Part shown: positions 1-11,939 of the stretch, piece by piece | Layout of the letters: each line of letters starts with the position of its first letter | How positions within the stretch are numbered: the stretch's first letter is position 1 | NCBI RefSeq assembly: GCF_032191835.1 | Contig: NC_083229.1 | Span: 88,734,957 to 88,786,000, forward strand | Source: Heteronotia binoei | Lineage: Eukaryota | DNA: 51,044 nt | Direction of reading: 5' to 3' | Made by a program: the position numbers and the translations under genes | Notes under the pieces: generated by a model | The model's input: only the letters and a program-made list of their open reading frames with translations | What the model was told of the DNA's origin: nothing | Databases searched by the model: none

Positions 1-80
1 GATGTTCATGTCTTGCGGCTCTCAAACATCTGACCTTTATTCTGTGTTGCTCTTTTGTTAAGCAACTCTGGCCACCCCTG
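1..80. mobile_element. End of a hAT-type MITE, same family as 14576-14819 (opposite orientation)
   Basis: Ends in TIR ...ctggccacccctg. Its reverse complement matches the start of 14576 (caggggtggccaaacttgcttaac...cagatgtttgagagc). It is followed by gagtagac, a plausible 8-bp TSD with central TA. Confidence 0.75.
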
Positions 81-150
81 GAGTAGACAATACTGACTTG
101 GGTGGACCCAAGCACTGATTCAGTGTAAGGGAGCTTTGTGTTTGTGTCTT
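81..150 (+). mobile_element. 3' part of a Squam2-like tRNA SINE
   Basis: gagtagacaatactgacttgggtggacc...ctgattcagtgtaagggagctt matches the 3' half of the SINE at 15815-16028. Confidence 0.7.
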
Positions 151-223
151 CTGGTGCAATTTTGTTCTCAAATCCTGTATTTACTTCATCAGTATATGGG
201 ATAAGGCACTTTCTCAACTGTGC

Positions 224-688
224 TGCATAATGCAGCCTATTTATTTTGTCCTGTTTGCTCTGTTGGCTCTATCTGCGCCACCTTCATCACTTTCGGGGTG
301 TGGATCCCCCAGTGGGGTGGTCTCCCGACTCCCTCCGCCGGCTGTTTCTGATAGCCCTGCGCCCCCTCTTTCATTTGATATGTGTCCCGTGCGGGTGCCA
401 CCCTCCCACCGGGAGATGCCGCAAAATGAGCCCCCTTGAGGCTTATGGCGGCAGGGCTCGGGGGAAGCGAGCTAGACTGCTGTTCTTTTGAGGGGTTATA
501 GAGTGTTTCGAGCCCGTCCCTCTGGCATCGATCCCATCATTGTGGGGCCCAGGGGGCCGGCGCAGTGGCACGCTGAAGCAGCCTGTCGGTCACTTCCGGG
601 TTCCTGTCCTGCATCTCGACCTGTGTTATTAGTGACAGGCTGCTTCGGCGTGCCGCTGCGCCGGCCCCCTGGGTCCCACAACGATGGG
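224..688. mobile_element. Unclassified CpG-rich interspersed element with an internal 55-bp inverted repeat, inserted into an L2 remnant
   Basis: Sharp GC/CpG-rich block in AT-rich DNA. The flanks rejoin as L2 RT C-terminal sequence (ctttctcaactgtg...agccagctgcaaaccttcttgggcagg). Inverted arms lie at 533-587 and 634-688. Confidence 0.55.
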
Positions 689-835
689 AGCCAGCTGCAA
701 ACCTTCTTGGGCAGGAAAGATCTTGCCATTGGTGCATGGCCAAGTAACATCTCAATTAGATTATTACATTGTGCTCCATGTGGGGCTGCCCTTGAAAACT
801 GCCTAGAAGCTACAGTTGATACAGAGTGCTGTGGC
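689..835 (+). mobile_element. Degenerate L2 LINE ORF2 C-terminal remnant
   Basis: Translates as SQLQTFLGRKDLA...LDYYIVLHVGLPLKTA*KLQLIQSAVA, paralleling RIDHYNALYMGLPLALTRKLQLVQNAAA of the L2 copy at 2821-3432. Confidence 0.7.
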
Positions 836-1266
836 CAGTGCCCAGCAGACATCCCCTTCCTGCTTTCTGATAATTCTGAAGCAGGGGGAGGGCCTCCAAA
901 CTGAGAGATCCTCTGCCCCCACCTAGGGATTGGCAACCATATCTATTGATTAAATCAAGAACTGGTTTGTGGACTTTGCAACATTTTGGAGTAATATGGA
1001 ATGCTCTGAATACAATTATTTTTGTGTGGTGCCATGTATGGTCTACTCTCACTATACTTGTGTTTCTTTATATTGTGGCTTGATTATGGTAGATTGTAGA
1101 TTAATTTTTAAATGAATACTATTACTGGTTTATTTGTTTATTCTTAAGCAATCTAGGTAGAACAGGATAAAATAAAATATTCTTACAGGATCAGTAAGTA
1201 AATGTATACAACTTCAGTGAAAATATTTACTTATGTCTTTCTTTAAATTCAGTTCTTTTCAGAGCA

Positions 1267-1329
1267 TAGCCATGTTGGTCTGCAGTAGAACAGAGCAGCA
1301 TTTGAGAGTCAATGCTCCCTTCATCAGAT
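1267..1329 (-). mobile_element. Penelope-like element terminal fragment
   Basis: tagccatgttggtctgcagtagaacag...gagagtcaatgctcccttcatcagat, the same terminal motif as 24658-24839 and 21090-21179. Confidence 0.5.
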
Positions 1330-1659
1330 CTGCTGTCTCAGGATCAGATAAAGTCCAACTATTGCCCTAAGCACAACCCCACCATGGCGCCCCTCTGTAC
1401 TAAAACTTGCCTCATTTATATGAAAAATCAGTAAAATAATAACAAAATAAAAAGCTTAAGGCTCTGTTACACAAATCAGCTGATGAGTTAAATGCTAGCC
1501 AGACCCAGACAACTATGTTTACACTCAATGGAAGCAAAACACTCACACCATGAGATGGAAACAGATGTGATATCTGACAACACCTTCAAACCAAACTTTT
1601 AAACTTTAGTCACTCACCATGCCAAAGAAATTTAAAAAAAAATGCAGATTAAAGTGGAA

Positions 1660-3657
1660 CATGGTGTCCCAGATTGCGTCTGCAACCTCTCACCCAGTAC
1701 AATTGTTTAGTATAATTCGATCATTAACAATTTTACCGCAAAGTAAACCAAACATTAGAGAATTGGAAACTGGCTGTGAGGCTTTTGCGAGTTTTTTCGC
1801 AGATAAGGTCTCGTCGCTCCGACACGACCTCCCCGCCATAATTGATACAGTGAAAGAACTTGAGGCACTGAGTGTGTCTTCTGGTCCAATTCTAGATTCC
1901 TTCAATCCAGTCGATAGGATCCTTTTCGCTGTACACCCTACGATCTGTGCCAGTCCTGGCTTATAAAAGCTAGCCAGGCGTTGTTATGTGAGCCACTACA
2001 GGGTATTGTCAACAGATCCCTGGTAGAAGGGATCTTTCCCACACCTCTTAAAGAGGTGGTGGTCCGTCGCCTCTTGAAAAAACCATCTGCAGATCCAGCT
2101 GTATTGGTGAACTATCAGCTGGTATCAAACCTTCCCTCCCTTTTGGGGTAACGTTATAGAGCGGGTGGTGGTAACTCAGCTACAGGGATTCCTAGATGAC
2201 ACTTCTGCACTGGATCCATTCCAGTCCGGCTTTCGACCAGGTCACGAGATGGAGATGGTTCTGGTCGCCCTCATAGATGACCTCATGCAACATCTGGATT
2301 GGGGCGGCTCAGCGGTGCTGTTATTATTAGATCTGTCAGCCGCATTTGATATGGTTGACCATCAGCTACTGACGCCTTGCCTACGTGGGGATTCAGGGGT
2401 CTGCCTTACAGTGGTTGACCTCTTTTCTCCAAGATCGGGGACAAAGGGTGGTGATAGGGGAGGAATCATCCCGAAGGCACCCACTTAATGTGGTGTGCCA
2501 CAGGGTGCGGTTCTGTCCCCGATATTATTTAACATCTATATGCGCCCCCTTGCCCAGATTGTCAGGAGGTATAGGCTGGGATGTCACCAATATGCAGACG
2601 ACACCCAGCTCTATCTATGGATGGGTGGTCAGTCCGACTGTACCCTGGAAAATCTGGACTTGGCTCTTCAAGCCGTAGCATCTTGGCTCAGGCTGAGTCG
2701 GTTGAAGCTGAATCCGACAAAGACGGAGGATCTTTATCTGAACTGGGGTGGTCCAGGAAGGGAGATCTCTCTGCCAGCTCTTGACGGGGTATCACTAATA
2801 CCGGCCCCTAAGGCTTAGGTGTGCTCCTGGAGCCCTCTCTTACAATGGAGACCCAAGTAGAAGCCACTACTAGATCTGCCTTTTTTCATCTTCGGTGGGT
2901 GCAGCAGTTGGCCCCTTTCCTGGAGCGCAACAACTTAGCAATGGTGAGCCATGCTACGGTCACCTCAAGAATAGATCACTATAATGCTCTCTACATGGGG
3001 CTACCCTTGGCGCTGACCCGGAAACTACAGCTAGTGCAAAACGCTGCGGCGCAGCTGTTAATGGGGCTCCCCCGGTGGGAGCACATTAGGCCAGTGCTGA
3101 GAGAGCTGCACTGGCTACTTATTGTGTTCCAAGTCCATTTCAAGGTGTTGGTATTGACCTTTAAAGCCCTCTATGGTCAGAGGCCTGTCTGTCTATGGGA
3201 CCGCCTGTCTCCACACGTTCCCCGGAGAGCACTACGTTCAGGGACAAAAAATCTATTGTCCATCCCTGGACCAAAGGAGGCTAGGTTGCGGCTGACGCAA
3301 GCTAGGGCCTTCTCGGTAGCAGCACCAGAATTATGGAATGCTCTCCCGGAGGCCATAAGGGCCCTGCGGGATCTCTTTACTTTCCGCAGGGCCTGTAAGA
3401 CCAAACTGTTTGGACAGGCCTTTGAGATCTAACAGGGAGAGCTGCCACCCTACATCATTATAGAGTACCATGATCACCACTTATATTATATTGTAGTGAT
3501 ACAGCACCATGAAATGAAATGTTTTTAAATAATTTTAAACTGTAGCTTTTTTATTGCTTAATTTGTAAAAATGAATGTTGTTAGCCGCCCTGAGTTCGCT
3601 TGCGGAGAGGGCAGGATAGAAATAAAGTAATAAATAAATAAATAAATAAATAAATAA
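1660..3657 (+). mobile_element. 5'-truncated L2-clade LINE, ORF2 reverse transcriptase broken by frameshifts, with (TAAA)n tail
   Basis: ORF pieces 2165-2488 (DPFQSGFRPGH, LLLLDLSAAFDMVDH), 2495-2818 (PQGAVLSPILFNIYM, HQYADDTQLY, LKLNPTKTE) and 2821-3432 (LQLVQNAAA, LHWL, LWNALP). Tail taaa repeats at about 3627-3656. Confidence 0.92.
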
Positions 3658-3805
3658 GGATTACAGCAAATTCAGCTAAAGTTGAGACTGGCAGTGAAAG
3701 AGTTGCGGGCATGATATCTAGGGGGGGGGGACTCTGTGGTGCCCCCTTCCTTTGGTGTCATAAGCACTTGCTTATTTTGCTTAATGGTTAATCCAGGGTT
3801 GTACT

Positions 3806-3890
3806 GTCTGATAAAGGAAGCTTTGACTCTTGAAAGCTCACACCCTGTGAAATCTTGTTGGCCTATGAAGTACTTCTGGTCTCCTATCTC
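3806..3890 (+). mobile_element. Penelope-like element terminal fragment
   Basis: tctgataaaggaagctttgactcttgaaagctcacaccctgtgaaatcttgttggcc matches 24778-24839. Confidence 0.55.
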
Positions 3891-5596
3891 ACTTTAAATT
3901 CTGTATATTGCTTATTCCTGCTATTTCAACTTTTTAACACCTCCAGCACTTCTTCATTCCTTTGATGTAACTAACATTCTAATTCATTCTTCTCCCCCCC
4001 GTTCATTTTGTTTCTCATTCACCTCCCCCCCCATGAGCTCTGTTGCTAATCTTCATTCCTGAGTTTCTGTTCTAATCTCTGCTGCTCATTTCCGCCTGCC
4101 ATTTTCACCATCTTTCCTCCCATTCCTCATGCTTGTTTCCTCTTGTTTCTTCTGTTCACTGTAAAAGCTTCTCATCCTTTGTGGCATAAAGCTATTAATG
4201 ATCTTCCTCTTCTTCACATCTTCTTTTTGCCTATTCTCCCAATTCTTTTCATATTGCTCATGTTACAAAGCCCTTCTATCTGTTCAGCTGCCCTTCTTTG
4301 CCCGTCATTAATTTTCTTGTAACATTGTATTCAGTAATTGTTTTGAGCACCCTACCATTTTTTAAGTAGCATGATGATGGTGGTACAAAAAATCTGCTTA
4401 AATGCACTGTATACGAAGTGTTTCAGTGAAGTCATCATTCTTACAGTGTGCATATTAAATCAAGTTTGCTTGTTTAGGGTTTGTGTTATTGGGTTCATCC
4501 TGATGGTGGCAGCAAATGTTAATAGAAGCAACTTCAGCTTCTCAGGATTACACCCGTACTCACCTCTTGGGAAATTTTATAACATAATCCTATGCACAAT
4601 TATGCTGTGAAGTAAATTGTGTCAAGTTCAGTGGGGCCTGCTTCCTAGTAATTTCATTTAGGATTACAACTTTAAATGTTTTTAAATATATCCTTTAATT
4701 TCAAAGAGAGACAAGTGTTAAACAATCTTTTGAGATTCTAGGTTACTATCTGATACTTGGCTTTGTACTCTAGGTTATAGAAAAAGTACATAATCTTAGA
4801 ATTTGAATCCTGGAAAAAAACTATATGTGCTTTGAGGTTGTATTCATGGGACTCTTGAGTGCCAGCGAAACATACATTTAACTACAGAAAACTGAACAAA
4901 TTCAGATCTCAGGAATATATGTACTTTCAATATAAGAACAATGAGAACAAGCCTATTACAATACCAACTACATTTTTTTTTTAGACCTTGGCTCAACAGA
5001 AGTATGTTATACAGCCTAAGGGTCTGTTGCCTTTCACACTGGAAGTAGTGGGTGGAAATAGACAATCAGACCTTCTTGCGGATGTCCATTGTGAACTGGT
5101 TATATTTTAAAATACTCTAAATAACTCTTGCCTCTTAATTTTGTCTTGGAATTTGTGTGGATAGTATTTATATTGTTCTGACAAAGAATTCTAGCAGTGT
5201 TTTTAAAAAAGTGATATAACAAACAATCCTAAGGAGGTCTGCTGAAAGTCCTACTCAGGATATGGACCACTCACTGCAAATGAGCATGTTTTGAGGGAAG
5301 GGATTCTGCTGACCCGAACAATTACTGTGAGAGCTTATGAGAATTCTTTCCAGCTTTGCTAACTGACACACATTAATCAGTTTTGGCAACAACTCTTATT
5401 TCATGTTAGTAAACCATGTATCTGAAAGTCTCCATTATTTTGTGAATTCATTTCTCTAGGACATTTTAAACATTATGCATATCACACTAGAAAATATGTT
5501 AGTTCTGCTGTTTATTGTCAGAAAATGCATATCCTAATGTCATTTTAGTCCAAATAGGAGATTATATGGGCATGTGGGATAAAAATAATAAATCAT

Positions 5597-5716
5597 GGCT
5601 AAGTAAGGCAATGGCAAACCACCCTGAAAAAAGTCTGCTGTGAAAACGTCGTGATGCGACGTCACCCCAGAGTCAGAAACGACTGGTGCTTGCACAGGGG
5701 ACTAACTTTACTTTTT
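5597..5716 (+). mobile_element. Sauria SINE (Squam1) 3' fragment
   Basis: aaggcaatggcaaaccaccc...gtcaccccagagtcagaaacgactggtgcttgcacagggg matches the 3' half of the copy at 50199-50484. Confidence 0.85.
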
Positions 5717-6276
5717 AAAGTATTTCAGTGTAAAATTAAAGGATTTCCTTTTCAATTCTGGTAGAAGATTGAGCAATTGAAGGGTAATTCCACAGATACT
5801 CATTTTTAAAATCTTTTTTTAGAAACTTAATTTGAAAATAGAAATGGATCAGAATTATGTGATTGCCATGGAAATTCTTTGTATCAATTTTGGTTCTGCA
5901 CATAGACTTTTAATGTCATAGTTCTTCACTGTGGTTCTTATTATCTTCAAGCCGTTATAGGTCATTTTGTAGCTTTGATGGGAAACATGTACTTTACTAA
6001 CTTTAAATAATTTGCAAGAATATGGAGAAAAAAGTATTTCTGCCTTTACCTATAATTAGTATAGCCTGCAACATCTTATGGGAACATCCTTTTCCTGTTT
6101 CCTTTACCACAGCCTGAGATTTAAAGAAAGGTGATGCAATACTTTCCATCCAATCCTGGTGTTTCAGTTTTATTTTAAGGGTCTTTTCCCAGAAATGTTG
6201 AGATGTTATAATAATCGCTTTTAAGCATATCTTACCTTTCCAGACCTGGGACCCATCTTTAATGCCCAGATGGCAG

Positions 6277-6525
6277 TAGGGTTGCCAAGTCCAATTCAAG
6301 AAATATCTGAGGACTTTTTTTGGGGGGGAGCCAGGAGACTTTGGGGGTGGAGCCAGGAGACATTGGGGGCAGAGCCAGGAACAAGGGTGTGACAAGCATA
6401 ATTGAACTCCAAGGGAGTTCTGGCCATCACATTTAAAGGGACAGCACACCTTTTTAAATGTCTTCCTTCCATAGGAAATAATGAAGGATAGGGGCACCTT
6501 CTTTTGGGGCTCATAGATTGGACCA
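6277..6525. mobile_element. MITE fragment with TAGGGTTGCCA terminus (hAT-like)
   Basis: Starts tagggttgccaag, with three internal about 21-bp gagccagga-containing tandem units. The same terminus appears at 35742-35936 and 18892-19292. Confidence 0.6.
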
Positions 6526-7164
6526 ATCGTTTTTCAAGCCAGAAAATTGCATTTCAGCAGCATCTGCTCACTATGCAGATACAAAACTACTATAAGTGGT
6601 GTTTGTTTTGAATTGGAAGGCAATTAATTATCTATTGTGTTCAATTTGACACAAAAGCAGGCTTTGTAAGTTAGTTTGGGGTTTTTTTGGAAAAAAAATG
6701 TGTGATTGCTGCTAAAAAATTAACATTCTGGGCATACAGTGGCTTAACTTGAAGGGGTTTCATTTTTTATTTTGGTTTTCATGATATAGAAGATCAAAAT
6801 CAGAGAATAAGGTATGCCATAAAGTTGAATGCTGTGGTCCTTAGAGAAAAACTTAGAGCATTCAAAGATGTAGATATGATGAGTGTCACAGGGAAAAAGA
6901 ACTTTTTGAGGCCATCCAGAATGGATGTATTAGAACTGAGGATACATAATTGGTTAGCAAAAATGGAAGTCACTGATTAGAGAAGATGATATTTCCTGGG
7001 TTTTTCTTCAGGAGAAACGTTTTTTCCCTTCTATGTATGGGTTCGCTAGGAAGCTCATTAGAGTGCATCTGCATTTTGGAACAAGAAACGGTGTGTTTAC
7101 TTCAGTCATTACAGTAATATCAGCAATATTGTTGAGCAAGGCATGTAGCCTTCTAACTTTACAG

Positions 7165-7286
7165 ATTTGCCTGAGGCAGACTGCCATTCAGACTTTAAAG
7201 ACCTTTTCAAGGATGCTGGAAAGGGATCTAATGGAGAGGAAACAGAAAGGGAAACTTATGCTGCCTCTGAAGCCCTGAAGCCTGAG
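7165..7286 (+). CDS. Candidate internal coding exon of an unidentified host gene (LPEADCHSDFKDLFKDAGKGSNGEETERETYAASEALKPE)
   Basis: Branch-point-like ctaac plus tttacag acceptor, purine-rich 122-nt open segment, gag|gtagca donor (weak). It ends in phase 0, compatible with 12740. Not repeat-like. No homology search was done. Confidence 0.4.
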
Positions 7287-7613
7287 GTAGCACTTTACTG
7301 AAGAGACTTTCAAAATATTCAGGAGGGAAATGGATTTCCTATATAAGACTATATGTACCTCAGATGGTTTTGCCTTAGTCCTCTTTGAGTAACTTGGACT
7401 CTGGATCAGATGCCTCCGAACAGGGAACTTATTTGGAAGGGAAAACCTCTTGAGACTCCTTCAGAGAGTCATAGAAAGGACCCTTATATGGTGATCTGTG
7501 TGACTGACTGTTCACTTGTATGGTCTTCTGAAACGTCCCTGGAGCATGTGCAATCATTGAAGGATGAGAACATGGAGGAGATGTGGTGTCTAATTATTTT
7601 TGTATTGGGACCT

Positions 7614-8914
7614 TGTCATGTGGAGTGAATGGTACTTCTAAGGTAACACTCTTACATTCCATCTTAAGATAAGCTCTTTCTGTGTTGTAAGGAAATGCCC
7701 CTAATTTCCAGAACATTGTAGTCACCTGTCTGGGTGCCAGAGTGCCTGGAGACAGAGCTCTCACACATCTGACAGAAGGACGTAGGTTTGCATACCAGAA
7801 TGGAAAGGACTTGTGACTACTAACAGCCACACTGCTACAGCAGCGCTTCGTGTTCCGGGAAGAGTGCCAGCAACACCATCTCTATCTTGGAGCAGAAGAA
7901 AAGCACGCTGTTAGGAGCTATCCAGACCAAGTGGTTTTCAGCCTTAACCATAGAATCCACTTTGGGAGGCTAACACCAGCTATTTTCCAGCAGTACCAAG
8001 ACTCCATTTCAGGACAGCGGGAGGCACACATACGCAACAGATGTGAGCCACCCATGGAACCATCAAGCTTATCCAGGCGTGGATCCTGCCAGACCACCCA
8101 AGCCTTTGTCCAGTGAAACCCAAGACAAAGACTGGTGCCAAGAAGACTAAAGAAGAGGAAGACCATCTTCTGCCAGAGCCAAGTTCTTTGTGTAAACCGG
8201 GTGTTACCTAGGCAATGATTTGGCTTTTTATTGATACCCTTTTAGATAAATGTAATAGTCTTAAGCATCTCCCCGCCCAGTAATCTCTCCTATTCTTCTC
8301 CCCAACTGTCATTTTGGAGCCTCACCCTGGTCCATTGCAACCTGAAAGTTCAACCAGGTATCCCTGGACCAAGCTTGTTCATTGATCAGCCATGGGCACC
8401 CAATTAGGGGCCACCAATTAACTTGCTATTGGCTACTGCAGAAGTCCAGCCCTTATGGTCACTGCAGAGCCTTCCCTTTCTCCTCCCTTGTACCTCCCAG
8501 CCCCTGAGGGTCCAAGGTAGTCTATTTAACCTCTGACCCAGCTCCCCACATGTGTGAATCTAGCAGTACCCTATCTCCTCTGTCTAGATCCATCCCCAAT
8601 TCTTGGCCAGTTGAGGGTCCCATTTCCCCCGTCCTCTATCATTGCCATTGGAGCCTTCTTGAAGACTACGATCGGTAATTGTCACCCTGTTTGTCTACCC
8701 ATGTGTTGTCTCTCTATATATCTCTATTTTTCTTAGGACTGTATGAATGATTTTATGAGTATTTTATCTTGTATGCAAGCCTATATTTTTATGGAATAAA
8801 TTGTAATTGTTTTACTTAATTAGAGTCCCTAATATTTTTAAGCATTAATTTCTGGATGTGGAATCCTGTATACACAGGTAAAAGATCCTGATTAAGCCAG
8901 GTGCCCACCTGACA
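7614..8914 (+). mobile_element. Probable solo LTR (gypsy/ERV-type)
   Basis: TGTCA...TGACA inverted termini, TATA-like tctatttaa at about 8521, aataaa at about 8795, no ORF. No matching TSD found, so the boundaries are uncertain. Confidence 0.4.
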
Positions 8915-9311
8915 ATTCCCCATCCTTGTTTTGAGGGCATTTTGGCTTACAGTGTCAGAAATCTGGATTTGCCCAACTGAAAGAGGACTCTGATCATGTA
9001 GCTTTTGAATCTGTTTTGCCTCAAAGCACTGAAATATAGAAGACTGCAGATGCCTTGTCAGGCTCAAATGAGAGTCCATGGGTTTAACCCCCCCCCCCTT
9101 GGGATCTTTCTCTTATGAGCCTCACTAATGAAACCCCCAAAAGATCTCACTTTCTTGAAGCTGCTGACACAGATGTATGGATTCTACAAAGAGGTGCAAA
9201 TTTGCAGCTGCATTGTGGAGAGAAAAGATGGGGAAACTGCCATACTTAATTCTCATCCATCTTCCACCTTCCTGAGAAGAAGAATCTTAAGTGCAAAGCT
9301 GGAATGGAACT

Positions 9312-9600
9312 AGAAGAAGAAGAAGAAGATGATATTGGATTTATATCCCGCCCTCCACTCCGAAGAGTCTCAGAGCGGCTCACAATCTCCTTTACCTTCC
9401 TCCCCCACAACAGACACCCTGTGAGGTGGGTGGGGCTGGAGAGGGCTCTCACAGCAGCTGCCCTTTCAAGGACAACCTCTGCCAGAGCTATGGCTGACCC
9501 AAGGCCATGCCAGCAGGTGCAAGTGGAGGAGTGGGGAATCAAACCCGGTTCTCCCAGATAAGAGTCCGCACACTTAACCACTACACCAAACTGGCTCTCC
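9312..9600 (-). mobile_element. Squam3-like tRNA/CORE SINE, young full-length copy
   Basis: Reverse complement of ggagagccagtttggtgtagtggttaag...ggtttgattccc...gatataaatccaatatc(ttc)n. Near identical to 22707 and 45436. Confidence 0.9.
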
Positions 9601-9635
9601 ATGGTCCTTACTATCAGACCTATGGTCCTTACTAT

Positions 9636-9783
9636 CAGACCTCTGATTCACAGGAGCACAGCTTCTGAACCTTTCTGTGGGTTCCCCCTCCTCCTCCCCA
9701 CCTTGTCCAGTGAATAGTAGGTGCAGCTGCATAACAATCCCAGGATGAGCTCCACCACCTATTTTTATACAAAGCAACCCCTG
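9636..9783. mobile_element. hAT MITE (caggggtc...ggcctg family), reverse orientation relative to 37618
   Basis: Reverse complement matches 37618-37777. 8-bp TSD cttactat/cttattat. Confidence 0.8.
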
Positions 9784-9889
9784 CTTATTATCATATGGCA
9801 GTTGCTGCTGCAAACTCCAGTCTATTCATTAACTAGGTATATGAGAAAGGAGGCACATAAAAACAGGGAAGAAATCAAGAACTCAGTAA

Positions 9890-11495
9890 ATTATATGACT
9901 ATCTAGACAGAAGACATGGATGTGTGCTCAATGCAACAAGCTCCTGGTTCTCAGGGAATGAGTTTGCACCCTTGAGACCAAGGTGGCTGACCTGGAGAAG
10001 CAGACACAGCCAGGCACACAGATAAAACTCTTGGGGACTTGTTAGATGTGTCCCATTCTGAGAATAACCACCCTGCTGCTGTTAAGGAGCATGAGGGTCA
10101 AGGGGAAACAGGGCACTGTGCTAATGAAAAAGGGAATGTTCCCTCAGAAGGGATTCCTTCTTCAGTTGATGAATAGGTATCCTTTCACACTAAGGAACCA
10201 TCCCTGGATAGGTCTCTTGGTAGTTGGTGATTTGATCCTTAGGTGTGGATAGATGGGTTGCAAACCTGCTTACTGACAACATGGTAACTTGTTTGCCTGG
10301 TGCAAAGGTAGTGGACATTACATGTGGTCTAGATAGGCTGGTAGATAGTGTTGGGGAGGAGCCAGTGGTTGTGATACATATTGGCACCAATGACATGAGG
10401 AAATGTAGTTTTGTGGTCCTAGAGGAAAAATTTAGTCTGCTAGGCAGGAAACTCAAGGCCAGGACCTCTAGGATAGTCGTTTCAGAAGTGCTGCCTGTTC
10501 AATGCACAAGACCAGCTAAAAGAAAGGTAAAGATAGAGCACAAGTCATTTGCAACTCTGGGTTGACATTGCATCATGACGTTTTCATGGCAGACTTTTTA
10601 TAAAGTGGTTCACCATTGCCTTCCCCAGTCATCTACACTTTCTCCCCAGCAAGCAACCTCGGAAGGATGGAAGGCTGAGTCAGCTACATGAACCCAGCTA
10701 CCTGAGCCGGCTATCTGAACCCAGCTTCTGCTGGGGTTGAACTCAGGTTGTGAGCAGAGAGCTTGGAGTGCAGTACCGCAGTTTTACCAGTTTGTGCCAT
10801 GGAGCTACTACAAGGCCAGCTAGGTAGCCATAAATTAGGAGTCTTAACACATGAGTGAGACAATGATGTAGGGAGGAAGGGTTTACCTTTGTTAAGCACT
10901 GGGATGCTTTTTGGGAGAAGCAGGACCTGCACCAAAGCGATGGCTTCCACTTGTCTTGAGAAGGATCCAGGGTGCTGGTGCTTAATTTCAAAAAGGTGGC
11001 AGAGCAGTTTTTAAACGAAATCTTGTGGGAAAGCCTCTAGTTCAGGATGGCTCATCTCTAAGCGATGAAGGAGTTACTGTTACTGTTCTAGAGGGAAATG
11101 GATTAGGACTGGCCACTGAGAAGGTGACAAACAATATTGACTTCCTGACAAGGTCTACTGGCCACGGGAGAAAGACTACAAGCCTAACATGTCTGGGAAA
11201 TTATAGATGTTTAAATACAAATGTTAGAAGTGTCTAAGGTAAAATGGGGTGAGCTGGAATGCTTAGTGTCAGAGGAGGACATAGACATTTTGGGCATTTG
11301 AGAAACCTAGTGGGATGAGGATAATCAGTGGGATACAATGATTCCTGGATATAAAATATACTGGAAGGACAGGGAGGAAAGGGTTGGAGGTGGGGTGACT
11401 TTGTATATCAGAGAAGGTATGCAATCCAGTAAGATTGAGAATGTAAAATAAATAGATTAATTTACAGAAACTCCATGTATGGAAATAGTGTGCCA
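9890..11495 (+). mobile_element. CR1 LINE 5' half: ORF1 (zinc finger/coiled coil plus SGNH esterase) and start of ORF2 APE endonuclease, with no RT portion
   Basis: W-M-CAQCNKLLVLRE*VCTLETKVADLEK, LLVVGDLILR, TCLPGAKV, VVIHIGTND, DGFHL. Then YRCLNTNVRS...IDILGI*ET*W...GYKIYWKDR...GGGVTLYI. Confidence 0.85.
10518..10809 (-). mobile_element. Sauria SINE (Squam1) nested in CR1 ORF1
   Basis: Reverse complement of the 50199 copy. 12-bp TSD acaagaccagct (10506-10517) / acaaggccagct (10810-10821). Confidence 0.85.
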
Positions 11496-11939
11496 AAAAG
11501 GAAGCGTCAAATAGTCCTGGTCCAGTCCTGGGTCAAAACTCATTGTTTAAGAGTTGTAGAACACAAAATTACAAAAGCCTGTGATGATGTGACTACTCAC
11601 ACATCAGTCTGGTTGTCTGCCACCAGCCCTTTAGACTATCCCAACGATTAGAAGCCAAACGGCATGCTTCCAACTTTTCTGGAACTAAACAAGAAAGTTG
11701 ATCCTGCAATGTAGGCTTGCAGAATGAGTTTATCACAAAAGCAAATTACTATAGTTGGTGTTCAGCCTGTCTAGGCTCTGGATTTAGACTGAGGTAAGTT
11801 GAAGGCAAATAACCACAAAAATAAATTAAAAGATATTTTAAGAAGGTGCAAGAATATTTCAGAAGTGACAAGAACTGTGAGTCTAAAACAATAAAGCTAG
11901 AAATTCAAGTGCTAACTAAATAATATGTTGGTTCTGAAC

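Noticed and set aside
230-936. Several overlapping 70-146 aa ORFs
   Set aside because: An expected by-product of GC-rich repeat sequence with few stops. They cross element boundaries and have no domain motifs beyond the L2 remnant.
9246-9602. Recurrent small ORFs such as ESQFGVVVKCADSYLGEPGLIPHSS (also at 14195, 19956, 22856, 40807, 41197)
   Set aside because: They are translations of Squam3-like SINE copies, not a protein family.
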